NCBI GenBank assembly: GCA_947631375.1
Contig: CANRLD010000001.1
Coordinates: 1-36,973 of the forward strand
DNA length: 36,973 nt
DNA from: an uncultured Methylophaga sp.
GTDB lineage: Bacteria > Pseudomonadota > Gammaproteobacteria > Nitrosococcales > Methylophagaceae
Direction of reading: 5' to 3'
Shown: in pieces, positions 30,444 to 36,973 of the stretch
Position numbering within the stretch: the first letter of the stretch is position 1
How the letters are laid out: each line of letters begins with the position of its first letter
Notes under the pieces: model-generated
The model's database searches: none
The model's input: only the letters and a program-made list of their open reading frames with translations
What the model was told of the DNA's origin: nothing
Made by a program: the position numbers and the translations under genes

Positions 30444-31378
30444 ATACAGTAAATGTTGATCCGCAGCTGTTTGGTCGGGTTGCCGTGTTGATGGGCGGAT
30501 ACTCAGCTGAGCGGGAGATTTCATTAAAAAGTGGCCGTGCGGTAATGGCAGCGATGCGTGCGCTGGATATTGATGCAATAGAGATTGACGTCGATAACAA
30601 CGTTAGTGAGCGTTTACGTCGCGGCAGTTTTGACCGTGCTTTTATCGTGCTGCATGGCCGTGGCGGTGAGGACGGTGAAATTCAAGGGGTACTGCAGTCA
30701 CTGCATATTCCTTATACCGGGAGCGGGATCAGCGGCGCGGTATTGTCGATGAACAAGCGGATCAGTAAACAGATTTGGCAGAGCCAGGGATTACCCACTC
30801 CTGAATATCTGCGTCTGGATCGGCACAGCAAGGTACAGGGAGTTATTGAAAAATTAGGTCTGCCGCTTGTGATAAAGCCAGTTAATGAAGGCTCCAGCAT
30901 TGGCATGAGCAAGGTGACTTCCGAGGAATCGCTGCAGCAGGCCATTCAATTGGCCTTTGAATATGACAGTGAGGTCATTGCTGAGCAGTGGATACAAGGC
31001 GCTGAATACACGGTAAGCATTTTGAACGGCACAGCCTTGCCAGTGATTCGTCTAAAAACGCCCAGAGAGTTTTATGACTTTGAAGCGAAATATCTGGCGA
31101 ATTCCACGGAATACTTATGTCCTTGTGACCTCACTGAGGAAGATGAGCTGCGTTGTCAGCAGCTGGCCTTAACCGCATTTGATGCTCTCAATATGACTGG
31201 CTGGGGACGCATCGACATCATGGCGGATGAACAGGGTCGTTTTTACTTGCTGGAAGCCAATAGCGTGCCCGGCATGACCGATCACAGTCTGGTGCCGATG
31301 GCCGCAAAACAGGCGGGGATAAGTTTTGAAGAATTAGTCAGCCGGATTTTGCAAGGCACCTTGGAGGAGACACGTTGA
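30440..31378 (+). CDS. ddl: D-alanine--D-alanine ligase
   Basis: GG.SAERE.S, LHG.GGEDG, GSSIG, FYDFEAKY and LE.NS.PGMT. Confidence 0.96.
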   Translation: MNTVNVDPQLFGRVAVLMGGYSAEREISLKSGRAVMAAMRALDIDAIEIDVDNNVSERLRRGSFDRAFIVLHGRGGEDGEIQGVLQSLHIPYTGSGISGAVLSMNKRISKQIWQSQGLPTPEYLRLDRHSKVQGVIEKLGLPLVIKPVNEGSSIGMSKVTSEESLQQAIQLAFEYDSEVIAEQWIQGAEYTVSILNGTALPVIRLKTPREFYDFEAKYLANSTEYLCPCDLTEEDELRCQQLALTAFDALNMTGWGRIDIMADEQGRFYLLEANSVPGMTDHSLVPMAAKQAGISFEELVSRILQGTLEETR

Positions 31379-32163
31379 TGGCTGTCAAAAGACGTCCAGC
31401 GGTTGGTGCAAGCCGTATCCGTACCGTGAAACCTCGCGAGCAGGTGAACTGGCCAGTCCTGTTACGCAATCTGGGCACCTTGCTGGTTTTATTGATACTG
31501 GTGATGGGCACGTTGCATTTACGAAAGGCCGATACGCTGCCGATTCTGCATGTCACGGTTGAAGGCGAGCTGGTCAATACTGAAAAGCAGGCGTTGATCG
31601 AGGCGGTGACGCCTTATGTAACAGGTAGCTTTCTGGATGTGGATGTAACCGGTATTCGCCAAGCCGGCGAGGCATTGCCCTGGGTGTCACAGATTCAGGT
31701 CAGACGGGTCTGGCCGGACACTTTGCATTTGATGGTCAGTGAGCATCAGGCGATTGCGCGTTGGAACGAAGATGGTCTGGTTAACACCCGGGGCGAGGTT
31801 TTTTACCCCGAATCGATAAATATGTCGGCAGGATTGATTCGTCTATTCGGTCCTGAGGGCAGCAGCAAATTGATGGCAAAGCAATTGGTCACCATTCAAC
31901 AGACTGTCGGTAAGCTGGATTTGAGAGTGAAAAGTTTAACTATGGATGAGCGACGTTCATGGCGGGTGGAATTTACCGATGAGATGCAGCTGCAACTTGG
32001 CCGCGCTGACAGTAAGCGGCGGCTGGAGCGATTTATCCGGGTCTTTGAAGGGCCGCTTGCTTTGTATCGCGAGCAAATAAAAGTTGTTGATATGCGCTAC
32101 ACCAACGGCCTGGCCGTCGTGTGGAAAAGCGGTCTGCAACCTGATTTTAATGGAATTGTGTAA
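31378..32163 (+). CDS. ftsQ: Cell division protein FtsQ (alternative TTG start 31375)
   Basis: Basic N-tail, TM segment, POTRA LPWV...R.WPD and DMRY.NG.AV.W. GGAGGAG SD. Confidence 0.93.
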   Translation: MAVKRRPAVGASRIRTVKPREQVNWPVLLRNLGTLLVLLILVMGTLHLRKADTLPILHVTVEGELVNTEKQALIEAVTPYVTGSFLDVDVTGIRQAGEALPWVSQIQVRRVWPDTLHLMVSEHQAIARWNEDGLVNTRGEVFYPESINMSAGLIRLFGPEGSSKLMAKQLVTIQQTVGKLDLRVKSLTMDERRSWRVEFTDEMQLQLGRADSKRRLERFIRVFEGPLALYREQIKVVDMRYTNGLAVVWKSGLQPDFNGIV

Positions 32164-33413
32164 TGTCGAAACGAATTGAAAGAGAGCTGATTGTTGGATT
32201 GGATATTGGCACCTCCAAGGTGGTAGCAATCGTTGCGGCACCGGTTCTGGATGCTGGTCCCAATGATAACAAACTGGAGATTATCGGTATCGGTTCACAT
32301 CCCGCCAAAGGCATGAAAAAAGGGGTGGTGGTCAATATTGAATCTACCGTGCAATCCATTCAGCGTGCAGTAGAAGAAGCCGAATTGATGGCTGGATGTC
32401 AGATCCACTCTGTTTTTGCCGGCATTGCTGGCAGCCATATCCGCAGTCTTAACTCACACGGCACGGTCGCGATTAGAGATAAGGAAGTGACACAGGGCGA
32501 TGTCGATCGCGTGCTGGATGCTGCGCGTGCCGTGCATTTTCCGGGTGATCAGCAATTACTACATGTGTTGCCGCAGGAATACATTATTGATAATCAGGAA
32601 GGTATCCGCGAGCCAATCGGTATGTCGGGTGTACGCCTGGAAGCCAAGGTACATTTGATTACCGGGGCAGTCAGCGCCGCGCAGAACATTACTAAATGTA
32701 TTGAACGCTGCGGGCTGGTGGTTGACGGCATTATTCTTGAACAGATGGCTTCGAGTTATTCCGTGCTGGAACAGGACGAAAAAGAGCTTGGGGTATGTCT
32801 GGTGGATATTGGGGGCGGTACAACCGATATCGCGGTGTTTGTTGATGGCGCTATTCGCCATACCGCAGTGATACCTATCGCGGGCGATCAGGTCACTAAC
32901 GATATTGCCGTCGCGCTGAGAACGCCTACTCAATACGCGGAAGAAATCAAAATCAAATATGCCTGTGCGTTGACACAGCTGGCACGGGAAGACGAAACCA
33001 TCGAAGTACCAAGTGTTGGTGACAGACCATCACGCCAACTGGCCAGACAAACGTTGGCGGAAGTGGTTGAACCGCGCTATGAGGAATTATTACTGCTGGT
33101 GCAGGCGGAACTCCGCCGTAGCGGTTTTGAGGAAATGATGGCGGCAGGCGTCGTTCTGACCGGCGGCAGCGCAAAAATGGAAGGCGCAATCGAATTAGCA
33201 GAGGAAGTTTTCCATCTGCCTGTTCGCTTGGGTGTGCCACAACATGTTGGTGGTTTGGTGGATGTGGTGCGCAACCCAATTCATGCCACTGGCGTGGGTT
33301 TATTACTGTTTGGCAATGAGCAAGTTGGGACCGGACACAGTGACTCTGTGATTTCGGAAGGGTTCAAAGGAATGCTTACCAGAATGAAAAGTTGGTTTCA
33401 GGGCAATTTCTGA
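32163..33413 (+). CDS. ftsA: Cell division protein FtsA
   Basis: GLDIGTSK, GMSGVRL, DIGGGTTD, LTGG and C-terminal amphipathic helix ending WFQGNF. Confidence 0.98.
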   Translation: MSKRIERELIVGLDIGTSKVVAIVAAPVLDAGPNDNKLEIIGIGSHPAKGMKKGVVVNIESTVQSIQRAVEEAELMAGCQIHSVFAGIAGSHIRSLNSHGTVAIRDKEVTQGDVDRVLDAARAVHFPGDQQLLHVLPQEYIIDNQEGIREPIGMSGVRLEAKVHLITGAVSAAQNITKCIERCGLVVDGIILEQMASSYSVLEQDEKELGVCLVDIGGGTTDIAVFVDGAIRHTAVIPIAGDQVTNDIAVALRTPTQYAEEIKIKYACALTQLAREDETIEVPSVGDRPSRQLARQTLAEVVEPRYEELLLLVQAELRRSGFEEMMAAGVVLTGGSAKMEGAIELAEEVFHLPVRLGVPQHVGGLVDVVRNPIHATGVGLLLFGNEQVGTGHSDSVISEGFKGMLTRMKSWFQGNF

Positions 33414-33452
33414 GTAAGTGATGTAAGTAAATTGAAAGAGGGGAGAAGAGAC

Positions 33453-34610
33453 ATGACATTTGAATTAATTGATACTTATACAGCGAACGCGGTTATCAAA
33501 GTTATCGGTGTTGGTGGCGGTGGTGGCAATGCGTTGGAGCACATGGTGGCCAATAAAATCGAAGGTGTTGATTTTATTTGCGCCAATACCGATGCACAGG
33601 CGCTACGCAAAAGTAATGCGGCAACGCATCTACAACTAGGCACAGATATCACTAAAGGGCTCGGTGCAGGCGCGAACCCAGACGTAGGCCGTCAGGCAGC
33701 ACTGGAAGACCGGGAACGTATCATGGAAGTAATTGATGGTTCGGATATGGTATTCATCACGGCGGGCATGGGCGGTGGAACCGGTACTGGTGCAGCACCA
33801 GTGGTTGCACAAGTTGCTAAGGAAATGGGCATATTGACCGTGGCTGTTGTTACCAAGCCTTTTCCATTTGAAGGTGGGAAACGCCTGAAAGTCGCTACTG
33901 CCGGGATTGAGGAACTGGGACAGCATGTTGATTCATTAATCACCATTCCTAATGAAAAATTACTGAAAGTATTGGGCAAGGAAATGAGCTTGCTGAATGC
34001 ATTTAAGGCAGCGAACGATGTACTGTTAGGCGCCGTGCAGGGAATTGCTGAGCTGATTACCCGTGAAGGTATGATCAACGTTGACTTTGCTGACGTGCGT
34101 ACCGTTATGTCGGAAATGGGTATGGCGATGATGGGAACCGGACGTGCTTCTGGTGAAAATCGTGCTGCAGAAGCAGCAAGACTGGCCGTTTCAAGCCCAC
34201 TGCTGGAAGATGTGGATTTGGCAGGTGCGCGGGGTGTGCTGGTTAATATTACTGCCGGTCTGGACATGAGCATTGGTGAGTTCGAAGAAGTCGGTAACAC
34301 AATTAAGGAATTTGCTTCTGATGACGCTACCGTCGTTGTCGGTACAGTGATTGATCCGGATGTAACAGATGAATTGCGGGTCACCGTGGTTGCCACTGGT
34401 CTTGGCGCTGCAAGAGCTGCAATTGCCAGTAAACCGGCCGAATCAACTGCGCCGCAAATTGAAATTGTCAAAAAGCCAATCGACATTGACTACGATGAAC
34501 CAACAGTTATACGCAATGGTCGTAGCAATGAGCATAAGCAGGTGGCAAATGGCGATGTCAATATGGACTATCTGGATATTCCAGCATTTCTGCGCAGACA
34601 AGCCGACTAG
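33453..34610 (+). CDS. ftsZ: Cell division protein FtsZ
   Basis: GVGGGGGN, tubulin signature GGGTGTG, NVDFAD and C-terminal [16 protein letters not shown] 33453 follows a purine-rich SD. Confidence 0.99.
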   Translation: MTFELIDTYTANAVIKVIGVGGGGGNALEHMVANKIEGVDFICANTDAQALRKSNAATHLQLGTDITKGLGAGANPDVGRQAALEDRERIMEVIDGSDMVFITAGMGGGTGTGAAPVVAQVAKEMGILTVAVVTKPFPFEGGKRLKVATAGIEELGQHVDSLITIPNEKLLKVLGKEMSLLNAFKAANDVLLGAVQGIAELITREGMINVDFADVRTVMSEMGMAMMGTGRASGENRAAEAARLAVSSPLLEDVDLAGARGVLVNITAGLDMSIGEFEEVGNTIKEFASDDATVVVGTVIDPDVTDELRVTVVATGLGAARAAIASKPAESTAPQIEIVKKPIDIDYDEPTVIRNGRSNEHKQVANGDVNMDYLDIPAFLRRQAD

Positions 34611-34623
34611 GTTATATCAAATG

Positions 34624-34651
34624 GTGAATTAATATAAGCCTATGATATTAT
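34624..34651 (+). promoter_or_regulatory. Candidate internal lpxC promoter
   Basis: AT-rich gap containing extended -10 TG-A-TATTAT (34643-34651) and GTGAAT 16 nt upstream of the hexamer. Confidence 0.4.
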
Positions 34652-34685
34652 TTCACGATTATTACATGATGAAGGGGGTAGCACC

Positions 34686-35603
34686 TTGATTAAGCAGCGA
34701 ACATTGAAAAATGTGATTCGTGCCACGGGTGTGGGATTACACAGCGGTGAGATGGTTTATTTAACCTTGCGTCCGGCCGCCCCCGACACTGGCATAATCT
34801 TCCGCCGGGTTGACCTGGATCCTGTTGTTGAAATTGAAGCCAAAGCTGAAAATGTGGGTGAAACAGCCCTGTCAACCACATTAATTCAAAATGGACATCG
34901 GGTTTCAACGGTTGAGCATTTATTGTCAGCCTTTGCGGGATTGGGGATCGACAATGCCTATATTGATCTGAATGCAGCAGAAGTCCCCATTATGGACGGC
35001 AGTGCCGGCCCGTTTGTATTTTTGGTGCAATCAGCCGGAATTGAAGAGCAGCCTGCGGCGAAAAAATTTATCCGTATCAAGAAACCGGTTTTGCTGGAAG
35101 ATGGCGATAAATGGGCGAAGTTTGAGCCGTTTGAAGGCTTTAAAGTGTCGTTTACCATTGATTTTGAGCATCCAGCATTTAGCGGTCGACCACAACAAGT
35201 GGATGTTGATTTCTCCTCCACATCCTTTGTACGTGAAGTCAGCCGTGCCAGAACATTCGGTTTTATGAAAGATATTGAAAAACTGCGTGAAATGAATCTG
35301 GCCTTAGGCGGCAGCATGGATAATGCTATTGTCGTGGATGACTTTCGTGTCTTGAATGAAGACGGTCTGCGCTATGAAGATGAGTTTGTGCGCCATAAGG
35401 TTCTCGATGCTATAGGCGATTTGTATTTATTGGGTCACAGCCTCATAGGCGCATTTGTGGGACATAAATCCGGCCATGAAGTTAACAATCGCTTGTTACG
35501 GAAACTGCTGGCACAGGAAGATTGCTGGGAATTGGTGACTTTTGAAAAAGATGCGGACGCGCCGATTGTGTTCAGTCGACCCGCTGCATCCATTGTCAGT
35601 TAG
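34686..35603 (+). CDS. lpxC: UDP-3-O-acyl-GlcNAc deacetylase (TTG start)
   Basis: QRTL, G.GLHSG, TVEHL, E.PI.DGS, ARTFGF, HK.LD..GD and SGH. Confidence 0.98.
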   Translation: MIKQRTLKNVIRATGVGLHSGEMVYLTLRPAAPDTGIIFRRVDLDPVVEIEAKAENVGETALSTTLIQNGHRVSTVEHLLSAFAGLGIDNAYIDLNAAEVPIMDGSAGPFVFLVQSAGIEEQPAAKKFIRIKKPVLLEDGDKWAKFEPFEGFKVSFTIDFEHPAFSGRPQQVDVDFSSTSFVREVSRARTFGFMKDIEKLREMNLALGGSMDNAIVVDDFRVLNEDGLRYEDEFVRHKVLDAIGDLYLLGHSLIGAFVGHKSGHEVNNRLLRKLLAQEDCWELVTFEKDADAPIVFSRPAASIVS

Positions 35604-36055
35604 CGGGCACCTTTGATGCGTTGACCTCGCCTGGCGAGTTTATGCAGCGCTGTTTTGAGTTGACCATCGTCTAATCCGGCGGCGGTCTGCGCAATCAGCG
35701 CTGCATTGCTATCTGACATATTCAGCGTGTTGGTGTTGGCCGATGGCTGGCGGCGATAATCAGGTTTTACTTTCACCTCGACTCTATCAACAGGTGCTAT
35801 CAGTTGGCTGGAAAAGGTCTTGATCAGAGTGGCCGAATGAAAACGCAATAAACTCGCAATTGCCGCATTTTCTGTATGAATAATGAGCTTATTGTTTTGC
35901 ATATTCGCCAATTGGCACCGCCCGGCGAGTTGCGAAGGTAAAATTTCTTGCAGAATGATGTTAAGCTGGGCTAATTTTTTGGCGCGCTTCGCAATTTGCT
36001 GCAATTGCTGACTTGTCTGGCAAATAGATGATAAGCGAAGCGGTTTATTAGACAT
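35600..36055 (-). CDS. dciA: DciA/DUF721-family protein, probable DnaB helicase loader
   Basis: 151-aa basic ORF with a KH-like segment (CQLAN...LIIH..NA..A..LRF) and terminal L..AL..LA. Occupies the reverse-strand slot between lpxC and an M23 gene. The call rests largely on synteny. Confidence 0.75.
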   Translation of the reverse strand: MSNKPLRLSSICQTSQQLQQIAKRAKKLAQLNIILQEILPSQLAGRCQLANMQNNKLIIHTENAAIASLLRFHSATLIKTFSSQLIAPVDRVEVKVKPDYRRQPSANTNTLNMSDSNAALIAQTAAGLDDGQLKTALHKLARRGQRIKGAR

Positions 36056-36080
36056 GTCTCAATCCGGGACGAGGATGATT

Positions 36081-36973
36081 ATGCAGATTATCATAATATC
36101 TGCCGACAATATTGGCCACACGCACTGGCATGTAAGTCGAATGCACTTATTGCTGTTTACCGTTTTATTGTTGGCGCTCACCATCGTGAGTACGGTCTCG
36201 GTGAAGAACTATATGGATACCGCCGATAACCTTGCCACCGAAGAATCAACCAATTTCCCTACTGCCCAGCTTCTTTCCCCTCAGTCGTCACCGTATCAAA
36301 TCAGTGAAAACACCACCGAAAACGAAACCATCCAAGGGTTTTATGCTCAGCAACTGGGCGGGTTACAGGCTGAAGCTATCAGACTGAAAATGCTTAGTCA
36401 GCGCCTTGCAGAAATAGCCGGCTTTGAATTAACCGACCTTGATTTAGAGTTTGCACCAGGCATTGGTGGAATTGAAAGCAGTGGTGAGTGGTTATCCAAT
36501 GCCGAGTTTGAAGAAAGTTTAATACGTCTTTCACAAGACTTTGCTGAGCAGCAAGACACATTAAGTGCTTTGCAGGAGTATCTGATTACCAGCGATAACA
36601 TCACGGGCGCCATTCCATCTGGTAGGCCGGTCGAAGAAGGCTGGATCTCCTCTTTTTATGGCTACCGTATTGATCCCTTTAATGGAAAAAAAGTGTTTCA
36701 TGGCGGACTGGATTTTGCGGGTAAAACCGGGAGTGCTGTGATATCGGTCGCCGATGGAATCGTCAGCTGGGCCGGCATGCGCGGTGGGTACGGCGGGTTA
36801 GTGGAAATTGATCACGGAAATGGTTATTTGACGCGATATGCCCATAACAAGTCACTGAAGGTGACTGCTGGTGATCGCGTCAGTAAAGGTGATGTCATCG
36901 CACTTTTGGGATCAACCGGGCGTTCAACGGGACCACACGTACACTTTGAAGTCCTGCGTGATGGCAAGCCGGT
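36081..36973 (+). CDS. M23-family metallopeptidase, 3'-truncated (absent from the ORF track)
   Basis: Manual translation from ATG 36081 (alternative 36075; SD GAGGA) shows a TM segment, a coiled coil, SSFYGYRIDP, HGGLD (HxxxD), YAH and STGPHVHFEV (HxH). No stop before the window ends. Confidence 0.93.
   Translation, partial: MQIIIISADNIGHTHWHVSRMHLLLFTVLLLALTIVSTVSVKNYMDTADNLATEESTNFPTAQLLSPQSSPYQISENTTENETIQGFYAQQLGGLQAEAIRLKMLSQRLAEIAGFELTDLDLEFAPGIGGIESSGEWLSNAEFEESLIRLSQDFAEQQDTLSALQEYLITSDNITGAIPSGRPVEEGWISSFYGYRIDPFNGKKVFHGGLDFAGKTGSAVISVADGIVSWAGMRGGYGGLVEIDHGNGYLTRYAHNKSLKVTAGDRVSKGDVIALLGSTGRSTGPHVHFEVLRDGKP

Noticed and set aside
17686-33413. Chain of overlapping stop/start codons through the dcw cluster
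   Set aside because: The overlaps are real, but they are a well-known property of dcw operons.
33692-34486. 264-aa antisense ORF within ftsZ
   Set aside because: It is a codon-register shadow of a strongly biased gene, rich in Ser/Thr/Pro/Ile, with no recognisable motif.
36080-36098. Fur-box-like sequence (13/19 by eye, minus strand)
   Set aside because: It is explained by a run of Ile codons. The match is borderline and there is no iron-related context.

Overview
This is a ~37 kb core housekeeping region from a gammaproteobacterium. The gene order resembles Pseudomonas-type and other non-enteric lineages; the genus cannot be established from this window. In order: partial pgpA; a leftward run of moaB, a glutaredoxin-like gene, a secreted alpha/beta hydrolase, rnd and a PfkB/adenosine-kinase-like gene; an OmpA/YiaD-like lipoprotein and rlmB; rpsF-rpsR-DUF2232-rplI with an S6:S18 leader RNA; dnaB-alr-radA; a MapZ-like PilZ gene divergent from hemJ; lpoA-yraN-dolP; rsmI; RNase P RNA (rnpB); the full dcw cluster mraZ to lpxC, including murB; a DciA/DUF721 gene; and a truncated M23 peptidase. 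I found no mobile elements, CRISPR arrays, tRNAs or rRNAs, and no convincing new multi-gene system. The most interesting signals are small-scale: an inverted second set of MraZ-like boxes upstream of the dcw promoter, a symmetric bidirectional promoter between pilZ and hemJ, a 33-aa charged helical tail on L9, an rlmB start buried in the upstream gene, and the absence of priB and diaA from their usual slots. All calls are from motif recognition by eye; no searches were run.
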